Below are positions 34,001 to 43,983 of a stretch of 64,000 nt of DNA, piece after piece. The stretch's first letter is position 1. The number at the start of each line of letters is the position of its first letter. Below the pieces are notes generated by a model. That model was given only the letters and a program-made list of their open reading frames with translations, made no database searches and was not told the DNA's origin. The position numbers were made by a program, and so were the translations under genes. The DNA is from Thermomicrobiales bacterium (GTDB lineage Bacteria > Chloroflexota > Chloroflexia > Thermomicrobiales > UBA6265), in NCBI GenBank assembly GCA_041390825.1, contig JAWKPF010000004.1, forward strand, positions 129,088 to 193,087, given 5' to 3'.

Positions 34001-36213
34001 GGCATGGAAGGTTCGCCGGCGTTCAGGCGACCGGCATTGACATATGCGGGCTCCGCGCCCGCGGGCGCGGCTCCGCACCAGGCGTAGCCGTTGGCGAGCG
34101 AGTGGGGCGGGGTCGGCTGGATGTAAATATCGCCGGGCAAGACGCGGAAGGAGACAATGCCGTCAGCGCCGGTGGTCTCGGATGCGGTCAGTCCTCCGGC
34201 GTGCGTCAGATCGAACGTCACGCCCGGTTCTGGGTTGGTGCAGGCCGCGCGCCAGTCGTCGATCACGACGGTGTCGGGGTATTCGGGTCCGCACAGGTAT
34301 TTCTTGACGGTGACCGCAACATAGGCGTCATCCGGCAGCTCCTGGAACTCGAACCAGTAGCAACTCGTCTCGTACCCGCCTTCGATGTCGACTGTGACAG
34401 GAACCTCGGCATAGGCGGAGACTGGCGGAGCAGCTTCGCCGCGCGGATACGTTGTGCAGAAGAGCCGGTTCTGGCCGGAGTCTCCGAGGAGATTGAGCTC
34501 AGCTTCGCCGGGTGGGACATCCGGAAAAGAGATCGGCGCGCCGCCGGAGATGGCTGCGGTGAGGTCGGCGCCGCTTTCTGCCGAGAAGAGGCGAACCTGC
34601 GCGCCGTCGTTCGGCGTCTGGCAGAGGTCGAGATAGTTCTGCAGGGACCTGGTGGGGTCGTAGAGCTCATCAGCGCAGACGTATCCCTGCACCGTGACGC
34701 TCCCCGTGCCGTTGCCAGCCGCCACCACCGTGGGCGCAACTCCTTCGACGTAGAAAGAAACACAATTCAGTGTGTACCGTTCCGGAATGTCGTAGGTGAC
34801 GAGGTCGCCATCGTACGTCGGAAGATGAAAGGATGTGCCATCCAGTTCTCCTTGCGGTGGCGCAGGATCGCAGTAGGCCGGTCCAGCCAGGTAGCCTGGG
34901 GGTGCTTGCTGCGCGATGGTCACCATGCCCGCGGGGATGTTCTTCCATTCGAGGAAACCGTTCGTTCCGGTGTTTCCGGTGAACTGTTCGCCGTCGGCCG
35001 TGGTGAGGGTGAATTCGATGTTCAGGCCGGGAATCGAGCAACCCACCGTGAGCGCATGCAGCGTCATGTCAGCGGTGTCGTAGTCGGGTGGGCAGAAGAA
35101 GGGGATCATGGCGACGGTGGACTGGGGGACAGGAATGTTGAAGAGCTCGCAGTGCAGCGCTTGTCCAGGCGCAACCTGTCCGGTGATCTTCTTCCCATCG
35201 GACTGCACAAGGGACAGGTCGGGAGATCCGGCGGGGGTACCGACCGGGGCGACGCTGCAATAGGGCTGCGCGTATCGGTAGCCATCGGGGAGCGATTCGA
35301 GGATCGTCACGTTGCCGGATGGCACATCGGTCCAGGCAAGGAGGCCCTGGGCATCGGTCGTGGTGGTGCGGGGTTCGCCGGTGCTGGCCTGGAGCGTGAA
35401 GGAAAAGCCGTCTCCCACGGTGGTGCAGGCAGCTTTCAGCGCGCCGAGGGTCATGTCCGCTGTGTTGTAGTTGACCGGGCAGCGGTAATTTGTGAGGTGA
35501 ACTTCACCGGCCGCGGCGATGGCGTCCGGGGTGAGCGCCAGCGCGGGGTCGCCAGACTGGACGTTGAACCAGCGACAGTAGGTCTGGGCGTAGCTGGCCA
35601 GATTTGGGTCGCTCAGCCCGATATCGATCGTTCCCCCGCTGACGGGGAAGTAAAGGTATTGATCGGCGCCCGGTCCACCGGTGACCTCACAATAGACCCA
35701 GGGATCGGGCGCGCCCTGGGGGACGGTCTCGGAGATGGTGTATCCGGTTCCGAGCGGGATATCGGGCCAGGCGGCGATTCCGTCCCCACCGGTGGAGCGG
35801 GTATCGCCCGGATAAGCCGGGTTTTGGGTGTTCAGCGAGAAGGCGATGCCGGCCAACGGCTGGACACAGTTGGCGAGCGCTCCCGACGCATCGACGGTCG
35901 AAAGGTCGAACCCGGGCGGGCAGCTTCGTGCCTCGGCAATCGCAGCGGCAACACCACCGGCCTGGGGGTCCGGTTCAGCTTCGGCGGTGCTGGTGGGTTC
36001 CGGCGCGGGTTCTTCGGTGACCTCGGGTTCTGGAGCCTCACCTTCGCCGTCGCTTTGGACTTCTGCGATGGGCGTTTGCTCCTCGCCGTCCTGGGCGCCC
36101 ACGCCGGACGGCGCAAGGGCGGGCAGCATCGAGAAGAGGACAGTTGCCAGGACGAGTACGGTAAAGAACCGGGCAGTAGCGGAACGACCTGAAGGACGAT
36201 ACGACAGCTTCAC
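31048..36213 (-). CDS. Giant secreted protein (about 1721 aa) made of 12 tandem Cys-framed Cna-B/SpaA-like (prealbumin-fold) repeats
   Basis: GTG 36213 after GAGGAG. Signal peptide and acidic Pro/Glu linker. 12 repeats, each starting x-Y-x-C-P-x-x-[YF]-D ... C ... G-V-x-F and carrying T-D-x-x-G ... P-G ... I-x-E ... P-x-G-Y ... C ... C-x-W-F. No LPXTG. Confidence 0.75.
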   Translation of the reverse strand: MKLSYRPSGRSATARFFTVLVLATVLFSMLPALAPSGVGAQDGEEQTPIAEVQSDGEGEAPEPEVTEEPAPEPTSTAEAEPDPQAGGVAAAIAEARSCPPGFDLSTVDASGALANCVQPLAGIAFSLNTQNPAYPGDTRSTGGDGIAAWPDIPLGTGYTISETVPQGAPDPWVYCEVTGGPGADQYLYFPVSGGTIDIGLSDPNLASYAQTYCRWFNVQSGDPALALTPDAIAAAGEVHLTNYRCPVNYNTADMTLGALKAACTTVGDGFSFTLQASTGEPRTTTTDAQGLLAWTDVPSGNVTILESLPDGYRYAQPYCSVAPVGTPAGSPDLSLVQSDGKKITGQVAPGQALHCELFNIPVPQSTVAMIPFFCPPDYDTADMTLHALTVGCSIPGLNIEFTLTTADGEQFTGNTGTNGFLEWKNIPAGMVTIAQQAPPGYLAGPAYCDPAPPQGELDGTSFHLPTYDGDLVTYDIPERYTLNCVSFYVEGVAPTVVAAGNGTGSVTVQGYVCADELYDPTRSLQNYLDLCQTPNDGAQVRLFSAESGADLTAAISGGAPISFPDVPPGEAELNLLGDSGQNRLFCTTYPRGEAAPPVSAYAEVPVTVDIEGGYETSCYWFEFQELPDDAYVAVTVKKYLCGPEYPDTVVIDDWRAACTNPEPGVTFDLTHAGGLTASETTGADGIVSFRVLPGDIYIQPTPPHSLANGYAWCGAAPAGAEPAYVNAGRLNAGEPSMPLSDVDPSLVYSCEWFTVPMATTGKAADDGGHVTILKWRCPDDFDPSGKSYEELRVACPTPQEGVVIAVYYPTGAPFTALTRLEKGPAIARFEGLPPGNVGIGEPGTAGEELQRALCRTTDVGLPALALTDVYAEQTVADGGIAATIEDGKVIECHFFNVPTGKADSPPKAGSVYVDKRICPPGFSAISSNYIEIAMYCSSEPGVEFKIAYGETTISAITGADGIARFADIPPGIFRISELPREGYDPPKVFCRFTLVGAGATGSLDPVTVENWSVPSELKDGYFLECVWANMPAGATSTDPATVTLHTYTCPEGTDAYKSAEALVDDCAPRAEGVAFTAGAPLTTPAEAVTDAIGNVSFTNLSPGFNEIQQVAGNGFRPLAAWCDYYPGTAGEPDSLARYNAEPLYAYLSGGYTLECYWFDVPYVEPAQVAITMRVCPPTISLADLTNDRIRAECSETPAGVPFRVQAGNTSGTEPSPDALDVTLPTGKEGTVSFEELPPSPLRISELSPKYQTVAVNCGQAMVGESPSSYTSLTITDEGVAYPAEPHSVITCYWAAVEAPPVDIYVYKSVCPADYDYQHASQLDLNGACTPIDGVEFQVRNEAAAYDSTLPIGTTGYALFTDVPPGPILITELASDYQPVRVFCGHAPAGSTADPTEYLDLEISNGTIEYPATPDTVIGCFWFNIETTPATVTIHKYACPAGYLPPHSDSDQALLTKCSTPLEGVSFTLGGPATELTKTTDATGSVAWEEVAPGPLFISETPPAGYTSAVVFCAVQTSGSQQAAFESAPVTQFAIERHVAPGDALECYWFNLAPPDHPSPTPTPGTGKPPTPAPIATPNPTAPATLILTTYVCPEGYDVYGPESDLQEDCDEPAPGIEVSLLALAGETAQVAPVEIDTTDDDGVATFSGLKPGPWLLTESLPEETAAAFIASCASNQRDLDQEPLFDPLTYLSPDGQIGVVLIGGETLSCNAYIIPEETADE

Positions 36214-36610
36214 AATTCGACTCCTCACATGTAGCAGCAAACAAATACGAACACCGAACCATTGCCAATTACCGGGGTATCGAGCGGCGGCGAGGTGACG
36301 ATGCCCAGTTCGGTCACCTCGGGCCGGGAACCCCGTTGCGTGCTTTCGATCCACCGACCGGCCGCACCCTACAAAGCTATGGGTTTGGAGGGGCTCCTGG
36401 CATCATGGAAAACATGTAAATCTGAGCGGCAGTAGTCCGAAGCGCCCGACCTCACCCGACATACTCGAAAATCTTGGTAAATCTACATTCCTTAGTTTGG
36501 ATATCAGGGCGTCCTGATGGGTTTTTGGGCTGGGCAGCGGTGGTTGCTCTCCTACAATGGCCCGGCGTGCGATGCGAATACGTGCCGTCGAGAAACCTGA
36601 AGGAGTAGCA

Positions 36611-37705
36611 GTGACCATTGCAGGAGCGTGCAGCCGGACTTCGCCGAGATTCGACCAAGCCGCCCGGCAGTACGACGCCTTGCTTCTCCTTTCGTTTGGC
36701 GGACCTGAGGGCCCCGAGGACGTCGTTCCCTTTCTCGAAAATGTCACCCGCGGACGGAATGTGCCACGCGAGCGGCTGGACGAAGTGGCGGAGCACTATC
36801 TCCATTTCGGCGGGGTGAGCCCGATCAATGCGCAGAACCGCGCGTTGATTGCCGCGCTGCGTGACGAGTTGCGCCGTCATGAGATTCTGCTGCCGGTCTA
36901 TTTCGGCAATCGCAACTGGGATCCCTATGTCACCGATACCATAGGGGAGATGCGCTCTGACGGAGTGCAACGCGCGCTCGTCTTCGTGACCTCGGCGTTC
37001 AGTTCCTACTCCGGTTGCCGCCAGTATCGGGAAGATGTCGCCCGGGCAGTCGATGCGCTCGGGGAGCCAGCGATCGCATTCGACAAGATTCGCGGGTTCT
37101 ACAACCATCCAGGCTTCATCGACACCATGATCGCGCTGACTGCCGAGCGGCTCGATCGAATTCCGGTCGATCGGCGAGCGACTACCGAGGTGATTTTCTC
37201 CGCGCATAGCATTCCCGAATCGATGGCCAAAGGGTGCGCGTATGAGAAGCAACTGGCAGAGGCGTCGCGCCTGGTGGCACGGATGCTGGAACTGCCATCC
37301 TGGCGGCTGGCCTATCAGAGCCGCAGCGGATCGCCGCTGACACCCTGGTTGGAACCAGATATTCTCGATGTGCTCGAGACGCTGCCAGACGCCGGATTCA
37401 CCGACGCGGTGATCGTGCCGATCGGTTTCATTTCAGACCATATGGAAGTGCTGTTCGACCTCGACCATGAGGCGGCCGAGCGGGCTGCCGAACTGGGTCT
37501 GGGGTTCCAGCGCGTGCCGACTGCAGGGACGCATCCGCGATTCGTCGCCATGATCCGTGAGTTGATCGAAGAGCGGATGACGTGCGATCCAACACGCCAA
37601 GTGGTTGGCAACTTTCCACCAACGCACGATGTTTGCCCGCTCAATTGCTGCCTGATCGGCACAGGGCGCCCAACGGCTCCCGCGATTGCGGCTACACGCT
37701 CGTAA
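36611..37705 (+). CDS. hemH: Ferrochelatase (coproporphyrin ferrochelatase type)
   Basis: GTG 36611 after GAAGGAG. Motifs LLLSFGGPEGPEDV, YFGNRNWDPY and SAHSIPE. C-terminal Cys cluster CPLNCC plus internal SGCRQY suggests a [2Fe-2S] type. Confidence 0.85.
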   Translation: MTIAGACSRTSPRFDQAARQYDALLLLSFGGPEGPEDVVPFLENVTRGRNVPRERLDEVAEHYLHFGGVSPINAQNRALIAALRDELRRHEILLPVYFGNRNWDPYVTDTIGEMRSDGVQRALVFVTSAFSSYSGCRQYREDVARAVDALGEPAIAFDKIRGFYNHPGFIDTMIALTAERLDRIPVDRRATTEVIFSAHSIPESMAKGCAYEKQLAEASRLVARMLELPSWRLAYQSRSGSPLTPWLEPDILDVLETLPDAGFTDAVIVPIGFISDHMEVLFDLDHEAAERAAELGLGFQRVPTAGTHPRFVAMIRELIEERMTCDPTRQVVGNFPPTHDVCPLNCCLIGTGRPTAPAIAATRS

Positions 37706-37814
37706 GCCGGGCAAAACGTAAGCTTTCCGCATTTCATCGGCTAGAATGACTTTGAAACAGATGGATACACTGGCGCACGCGCCACTATCCTGCCTGGATC
37801 AGGATTCGCATTCA

Positions 37815-38756
37815 ATGGCACTCGGGAACCACATTCGGATAGGAGCGCGCGGCTCGCGACTGTCGCTCCGGCAGGCTGAATTGGTTCGTGCTCGATTGGC
37901 ATTGGCGCATCCCGATCGGGAAATCTCGATTACGGAGATCACCACCACCGGCGACCTCACGATCGATACCCCGCTCCCCGAAATTGGCGGCAAGGGCGTC
38001 TTTACGCTCGAAATCGAAGAGGCGCTGCGGGTGGGACAGATCGACCTGGCGGTCCACAGCTTGAAAGATTTGCCGACCGAGCCGACGCCGGGCATTGTGA
38101 TTGGGGCAGTTCCGGAGCGGGTCGACGTATCAGACGCGGTAGTCAGCCGCTCCGGGGTCCCCGTGCTCGAGTTGCCAGCACATGCCGTGATTGGCACCAG
38201 CAGTCACCGGCGCGCCGCGCAGTTGCTGCGGATGCGGCCGGACTTTCGGCCGGTGTCGATCCGAGGCAATATCGAGACCCGCATTCGCAAGACGATGGAT
38301 CCCAACGGGATGTATGACGCAGCAGTTTTGGCGAGCGCCGGTCTGAAGCGAATTGGGCTCCTCGATGCCGCGATCGAGCAATTGCCGTTGGATCTGATGC
38401 TGCCCGCGCCGGGGCAGGGGGCGCTCGGCGTGCAATGCCGGGACGACGCCGAATCGATTGCACTGCTGGCAGCTATCGACAATGTCGCTGCTCGTCTGGC
38501 GACCAGCGCGGAACGATCGTTTCTCTCCGGGGTGGGCGGCGGATGCTCAGCGCCGATCGCCTGTTACGGTGAGTTGACCGGCAATACGTTGCAGTTGCGA
38601 GGACGGATTGTGGCGCTCGACGGGTCGAGCCAGGTCGATGTCATGCTGGAGCGGGAGATCTTCGATGAAGCGGGAGCGATGGCCGCGGGCGCCGCGCTGG
38701 CGCTGGAAGCATTGCAATCTGGCGCGGCCGAGTTGTTGGCGGCGACAGCGGTATGA
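37815..38756 (+). CDS. hemC: Hydroxymethylbilane synthase (porphobilinogen deaminase)
   Basis: IRIGARGSRLSLRQA N-terminus. HSLKDLP. Cofactor Cys in GGGCSAPIA. Confidence 0.9.
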   Translation: MALGNHIRIGARGSRLSLRQAELVRARLALAHPDREISITEITTTGDLTIDTPLPEIGGKGVFTLEIEEALRVGQIDLAVHSLKDLPTEPTPGIVIGAVPERVDVSDAVVSRSGVPVLELPAHAVIGTSSHRRAAQLLRMRPDFRPVSIRGNIETRIRKTMDPNGMYDAAVLASAGLKRIGLLDAAIEQLPLDLMLPAPGQGALGVQCRDDAESIALLAAIDNVAARLATSAERSFLSGVGGGCSAPIACYGELTGNTLQLRGRIVALDGSSQVDVMLEREIFDEAGAMAAGAALALEALQSGAAELLAATAV

Positions 38757-39550
38757 ACGCACTTGAAGGCTTGCGGGTGGTCAATACACGTTCGACGCAC
38801 CAAGCGGGTGAGTTGAACGATCTGCTGCGCGCACAGGGCGCAGTTCCTTTGTCGTACCCGTGTATCGCTATCGAACCCGTCTCCAAGATCGAGGAGTTCG
38901 ATGCGGTGCTGTCGCAGCAATCGTTCGATTGGATTTGCCTCACCTCGCATAACGCGGTGGAGATGCTGGCGCATCGGATCGCTGCCGTTGGTATCGATCG
39001 GGCGCGTGTGACAGCGCCACATTTCGCCGCGGTTGGGACCGCCACGGCCGTCTCACTCAAGAAGCGTCTCGACATCGACGCCGATTTCACTCCGGCATCG
39101 TTCGACGCGGATTCCATGGTGCGCGAATGTCCGATTCATGAGGGCGAACGCGTGCTGATGCCAGTGTCAGACCGAGCGTCCGAGGAACCGGCCTCCTTTC
39201 TAACCGAGAAGGGCGCGTTGGTAACGCGCATGGTCGTCTATCACACGGTGGTCGGCAAAGGCGGAGTGGATGCCGGCACATTGTTGAAGGATGGACAAGT
39301 GGGGGCGATTACCTTCACGAGTCCGTCGGCGGTCTCCGGCTTTGTCAAACGGCTCATGAAAGAGGAAGGCAACATCGACGACACACGGCAAGTGCCGATT
39401 GCCTGTATTGGTCCACGAACGAGGGACCGGGCAATTTCGGAAAACATGTTGCGGGCGTTTAGTCCCAAGGAGCATACGTTGCACGGACTCCTGGATGCGT
39501 TGAGTGACGTGGTGGCGTCTCGCCGGCAAGGAGGGCGACTGTGGGGATAG
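38753..39550 (+). CDS. hemD: Uroporphyrinogen-III synthase
   Basis: ATGA overlap with hemC. HemD-like size and the pattern [10 protein letters not shown] ... ITFTSPSAV. Confidence 0.8.
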   Translation: MNALEGLRVVNTRSTHQAGELNDLLRAQGAVPLSYPCIAIEPVSKIEEFDAVLSQQSFDWICLTSHNAVEMLAHRIAAVGIDRARVTAPHFAAVGTATAVSLKKRLDIDADFTPASFDADSMVRECPIHEGERVLMPVSDRASEEPASFLTEKGALVTRMVVYHTVVGKGGVDAGTLLKDGQVGAITFTSPSAVSGFVKRLMKEEGNIDDTRQVPIACIGPRTRDRAISENMLRAFSPKEHTLHGLLDALSDVVASRRQGGRLWG

Positions 39551-40590
39551 CAATAGCGTCTCGGCCATCGGCTGAGACGGCGGGGTTTCCGATCGACCGG
39601 CCACGCCGCCTGCGGAGGACCACCGCGATACGCGAACTGGTGCGTGAGCATCGGATCTCGCCGTCAGATCTGATTCTGCCTCTGTTCGTCTGCGAGGGGA
39701 CCGATATCCAGCGGCCGATCGGCTCGATGCCCGGACAGTTCAATTGGTCGATCGACCGGTTGGGGCCCGAGGTAGCGAGTCTGGGCAAGCTGGGAATTCA
39801 CGCGGTGATGCTCTTTGGCATCCCAAAGTCCAAGGACGATTGCGGTTCCGATAACTTCAATCCAGATGGCATCGTGCCACGCGCGATTCGGGCAATCAAG
39901 GATGCCAATCCGGAGATGATCGTGATCTCGGACATGTGCTTCTGTGAGTACACCGATCACGGGCATTGCGGATTGATCAATGTTCCTGAGAGCGCCCACT
40001 TCGATGCCAGCTTGCCGCACGGCTATCTGCTCAACGATCCATCCCTGGAACTGCTGGCGCGCGCTTCGGTGGTGCATGCGGAAGCCGGGGCGGACATGAT
40101 CGCTCCTTCGGCGATGCTGGACGGCCAGGTGGGCGCGATTCGCGCTGCGCTGGATCAGACGGGATTCGAGCATATTCCGGTGATGGCCTATGCAGCCAAG
40201 TTTGCCAGCGGGTTCTACGGACCGTTCCGCGAGGCAGCCCAAAGCGCGCCAAGCTTTGGGGACCGCAAGCAGTACCAGATGGACCCCGCCAACCGGCGCG
40301 AGGCAATGCGCGAGGCAGAACTGGATGTGGCCGAAGGCGCGGACATCATTATGGTCAAGCCTGCGCTGCCGTATCTGGACATCGTGAGCGATCTGCGAGC
40401 CACGTTCGATCTGCCCATTGCGGCCTATCAGGTGAGTGGGGAATACGCTATGCTCCATGCCGCTGCGGCGAATGGCTGGATCGACCTGCGGCGATGCGCC
40501 ATGGAATCGCTGATTGGTATCAAGCGAGCTGGCGCTGACATGATCCTCACCTACTTCGCGAAAGATGTTGCGGGCTGGAGCAACGGGTGA
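39541..40590 (+). CDS. hemB: Porphobilinogen synthase (5-aminolevulinate dehydratase)
   Basis: RPRRLR motif. Zn-site Cys cluster [14 protein letters not shown]. Schiff-base Lys regions (IMVKPAL, YQVSGEY). Confidence 0.9.
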   Translation: MGIAIASRPSAETAGFPIDRPRRLRRTTAIRELVREHRISPSDLILPLFVCEGTDIQRPIGSMPGQFNWSIDRLGPEVASLGKLGIHAVMLFGIPKSKDDCGSDNFNPDGIVPRAIRAIKDANPEMIVISDMCFCEYTDHGHCGLINVPESAHFDASLPHGYLLNDPSLELLARASVVHAEAGADMIAPSAMLDGQVGAIRAALDQTGFEHIPVMAYAAKFASGFYGPFREAAQSAPSFGDRKQYQMDPANRREAMREAELDVAEGADIIMVKPALPYLDIVSDLRATFDLPIAAYQVSGEYAMLHAAAANGWIDLRRCAMESLIGIKRAGADMILTYFAKDVAGWSNG

Positions 40591-41636
40591 GTGTGAGCGC
40601 GCCGCCGGTGGCAAAGAGCCGGTTCCTCAGACGAATTTGCGGCGAGCCAACCGATGTCACCCCGGTGTGGTTGATGCGCCAGGCCGGGCGATACATGCCT
40701 GAGTACCGTGCGCTGCGCGCGAAGCATTCGCTGCTCGAGATCATCAATAACCCTGAGCTGTCGGTCGAGGTCACGCTGCAGCCGGTAAACGCGTTCGATC
40801 TCGACGCGGCCATCATCTTTTCCGACATCTTGCCGCCGCTGGTTGGAATGGGCCTTCAACTTTCCTTTTCGAAGGGGGAAGGACCGGTCATCCACAATCC
40901 AGTGCGCACCGCGGCTGATATCTTCGCTCTGAATACTCCCGATCCTCGCGAAACAATGCGTGGCACGCTCGAGGCGATCCGGCTGTTGCGTCCCGAGTTG
41001 GATAGCCGCGGATTGCCACTCATCGGTTTCGCCGGCGCGCCATTTACCCTGGCCTGCTATGCAGTAGAGGGGGGCAAGAGCCGCTATCACGAGAACACCC
41101 GGATTCTGATGCTCTCCGAGCCAAAGCTCTGGGATGAGCTCATGACCAAACTGGCGACGACCGCGGGTCATTTCTTGCTCGCCCAGGCCAAGGCCGGCGC
41201 TGACGTGCTCAATGTCTTCGACACCTGGGTGGGTGAGTTGGCGCCTCATCATTACCGGGCATACGTGCTGCCGTATGTGCAGCAGATGATCTCCATTGCC
41301 GCGCAAGCCGGGAAGCCGATCATCCTCTTCGGAGTCGGGAACGGACCTTTGCTCGAGTTGATGGCCACCTCGGGCGCAACGGTGATCGGAGTCGACTGGC
41401 GGATCGATTTGTCGCTAGCTCGTAAACGCTTGGGACCTGGGATCACGCTGCAGGGCAATTTGGACCCAGTGTCGTTGCTGGCTCCGTGGGAGGTGCTGCA
41501 ACGCGAGATCGACGAGGTCTTTCGGCAGGTCAGTGGCGACCAGCGTTTCATCTTCAATCTGGGGCATGGGGTGCTTCCACAGACGCCGGTGGACAACGTG
41601 CGCCGATTGGTCGACTACGTCCATCAGGTCCGATGA
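40587..41636 (+). CDS. hemE: Uroporphyrinogen decarboxylase
   Basis: GTGA overlap. Motifs [15 protein letters not shown] and FDTWVG. Confidence 0.9.
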   Translation: MSVSAPPVAKSRFLRRICGEPTDVTPVWLMRQAGRYMPEYRALRAKHSLLEIINNPELSVEVTLQPVNAFDLDAAIIFSDILPPLVGMGLQLSFSKGEGPVIHNPVRTAADIFALNTPDPRETMRGTLEAIRLLRPELDSRGLPLIGFAGAPFTLACYAVEGGKSRYHENTRILMLSEPKLWDELMTKLATTAGHFLLAQAKAGADVLNVFDTWVGELAPHHYRAYVLPYVQQMISIAAQAGKPIILFGVGNGPLLELMATSGATVIGVDWRIDLSLARKRLGPGITLQGNLDPVSLLAPWEVLQREIDEVFRQVSGDQRFIFNLGHGVLPQTPVDNVRRLVDYVHQVR

Positions 41637-43045
41637 CCGAACAGCGGGATGTGATCGTGGTTGGCGGCGGTGTGGCCGGGTTGACGGTCGCCTGGCGGCT
41701 GGCGCAGCGGCGTCCAGAGGCGTCGATCGTTGTGCTGGAAGGAACGGACCGGACGGGAGGACGTATCCGTACCGAACGCTTGGCGCACGCAGAGGGAGAG
41801 TTCGTCATCGAGCTGGGGGCCGATTCACTGCTCGCCTCCAAGCCATGGGCAAAGCAGCTCTGTCTCGACCTGGGAATGGAGGCCGAGCTCTGTTCGGTGC
41901 AGCCAGCTGAGAACCCGACTGCGCTGTGGCGCAATGGGCGCCCGGTTGATTTGCCAAGAGGATTGACGGTGCTGGCGCCGACAGACGAAGAGGCATTGCT
42001 GGCATCGCCGTTGCTTTCCCGTCAGGGTGCGCTGCGCGCCCTGCAGGAACCGAACATACCGGCGCGCCAGAGCGATGAAGACGAAACGTTGGGCAGCTTC
42101 GCGCGCAGGCGATTTGGGCAAGAGTATCTGGATGTCGTTGCAGAGCCGCTACTAGCAGGGATTTACAACGCCGACCCGGATGAACTCAGCCTGCGCGCGG
42201 CGTTTCCGCATCTCCTGGCATTGGAGCGGGCGCATGGCAGCGTCATCGAAGGCGCAAGAAGCACGCCGGCGCCAGCGGATCGGACGCCGTTCTTTGCCCC
42301 TCTTGGCGGGGTGCAGTGTCTGACCGATCGACTCAGGGACGCGCTCGGTTCGGTCGTGCGCACCCGGAGCCGGGTGGAACTGCTGGAACGGTTGCCGCAA
42401 GGGGGCTATCGCGTCACGCTCACTACAGGCGAGCAGTTGCGTGCGTCCGCGGTAGTGATGGCCGCTCCGCTTTCGACCGCTCGGGCGCTGTTGCCGCAAG
42501 TCGCGCCCGAAACGCGCCAATGGCTTCAACGGCTCAAGGTGGCGGCATCGGGAGCGATCGTGCTGGCGTGGCCAGATCGCCAGATCGACCGGCCGCTCTC
42601 AGGCTACGGCCTGGTTATGCCGAAACGCGAAGGACAACCGTTCAACGCGGTCACGGTGATGTCGCGCAAGTACCCTAGCCGCGCGCCAGAAGGATGGAGC
42701 CTGATGCGCTTTTTCTTTGGAGGCTATCGGTCGCCGCAGACATTGCAGTTGGACGACCACGCGCTCTTGCAGACGGCGAAGCGCTTTGCGGAGCGGGCGG
42801 TTGGCGCGACCGGGGATCCAGAGATCGTGCGGATCGCGCGCTGGACCGAAGGGAGCCCGATCTACCGGCTCGGACATCTGGATACAGTCGCAGCGCTGGA
42901 AGGGTGCCTGCCGCCAGGGTTGTTCGTTACGGGAGCGCCGTTTCGCGGGCCGGGGATTCCGGACGTGACGCGCAGCGCCACTGAACTCGCGCATCGAATT
43001 GCGGCCTCGCCCATACTGGCGGCCGCGCTGGAGAGAGACTCATGA
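41633..43045 (+). CDS. hemY: Coproporphyrinogen/protoporphyrinogen oxidase (HemY/CgoX type, FAD)
   Basis: ATGA overlap. Dinucleotide fold VIVVGGGVAGL. HemY-like length. Confidence 0.85.
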   Translation: MTEQRDVIVVGGGVAGLTVAWRLAQRRPEASIVVLEGTDRTGGRIRTERLAHAEGEFVIELGADSLLASKPWAKQLCLDLGMEAELCSVQPAENPTALWRNGRPVDLPRGLTVLAPTDEEALLASPLLSRQGALRALQEPNIPARQSDEDETLGSFARRRFGQEYLDVVAEPLLAGIYNADPDELSLRAAFPHLLALERAHGSVIEGARSTPAPADRTPFFAPLGGVQCLTDRLRDALGSVVRTRSRVELLERLPQGGYRVTLTTGEQLRASAVVMAAPLSTARALLPQVAPETRQWLQRLKVAASGAIVLAWPDRQIDRPLSGYGLVMPKREGQPFNAVTVMSRKYPSRAPEGWSLMRFFFGGYRSPQTLQLDDHALLQTAKRFAERAVGATGDPEIVRIARWTEGSPIYRLGHLDTVAALEGCLPPGLFVTGAPFRGPGIPDVTRSATELAHRIAASPILAAALERDS

Positions 43046-43725
43046 CCGATCAGACGACCGTCTCGACCTTTGCCGCTTTTTGGCTCTATCGCGCCACGGA
43101 GGCGCGGTTCGAGCTGGAGCCGGACGATGCCGCCGCGATCCCGATCGAGACGGCGACGATTCTCGACGACCATGCGGAAGATGTGACCCTGCGCGCAGCC
43201 TATTCCACGCTTGGGTTCAGCGCCGGCGCGGACTTGATTTTCTGGGTGGTGGCGGACGACATGCGCAAGTTACATGCGTTGGCCGCAGATCTGCACAGTT
43301 CGGCGTTCTCCGCGTTTTTCGACCAGGTGCATGTCTATGCCGGCACGGCGTCGGCATCGCAGTACGATCCAAGTCACGGTCCCGCGTTTCTGCGCGGGAT
43401 TCCTCCAAAGGACTATTTGAGCGTCTATCCATTCACCAAGACACCGGAGTGGTACTTGCTCGATTTCGAGGAGCGCCGCCGGTTGATGGTGGAACATGGC
43501 AAGATGGGGCACGAATACCCATCCATCTCGACCAACACGATCAATTCCTTCGGGATCGCCGATCAGGAGTTCGTCGTGGCGTTGGAGGACGACGACCCGG
43601 CGACGCTGGTCAAGATGGTGCAGCGGCTGCGCGCGGCCGAGGTGCGCAAATACACGGCGCTGGATACCCCGATCTTCCTGGGGTTGAAGATGGCAGTGGA
43701 GGACGCCATTTCAGCGGCATTGTAG
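43042..43725 (+). CDS. hemQ: Coproheme decarboxylase (HemQ/ChdC, chlorite-dismutase family)
   Basis: ATGA overlap. Chlorite-dismutase-family length and blocks (YLSVYPFTKTPEWYLL, MVEHGKMG). Confidence 0.8.
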   Translation: MTDQTTVSTFAAFWLYRATEARFELEPDDAAAIPIETATILDDHAEDVTLRAAYSTLGFSAGADLIFWVVADDMRKLHALAADLHSSAFSAFFDQVHVYAGTASASQYDPSHGPAFLRGIPPKDYLSVYPFTKTPEWYLLDFEERRRLMVEHGKMGHEYPSISTNTINSFGIADQEFVVALEDDDPATLVKMVQRLRAAEVRKYTALDTPIFLGLKMAVEDAISAAL

Positions 43726-43931
43726 GGAGCGTGTTGGTGTGGCTGGAGGGGCGGAAACGATTTCGGCACGTCCGACTGATCCTGACGAAATCCGATGTGA
43801 TGCTCAGGGATGAGCGAACGGCCCTCCGTGGGATTCCACCGTTGGAACGCTGGTCTAGCCTCCCTCGACAATTGCCCGGATTCCGTACGACTTCTCGTCT
43901 CACCAATCGCAAGAGCACTACAAACGAAGAA

Positions 43932-43953
43932 GCGCGGTTCGAGCGAACCGCGC
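43932..43953. terminator. Hairpin between convergent genes (GCGCGGTTCG-AG-CGAACCGCGC)
   Basis: 10-bp perfect stem between the hemQ stop and the SH3b gene stop. Confidence 0.45.
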
Positions 43954-43983
43954 CCCCTCAATATCGAGCATCGATGGTCTGGT

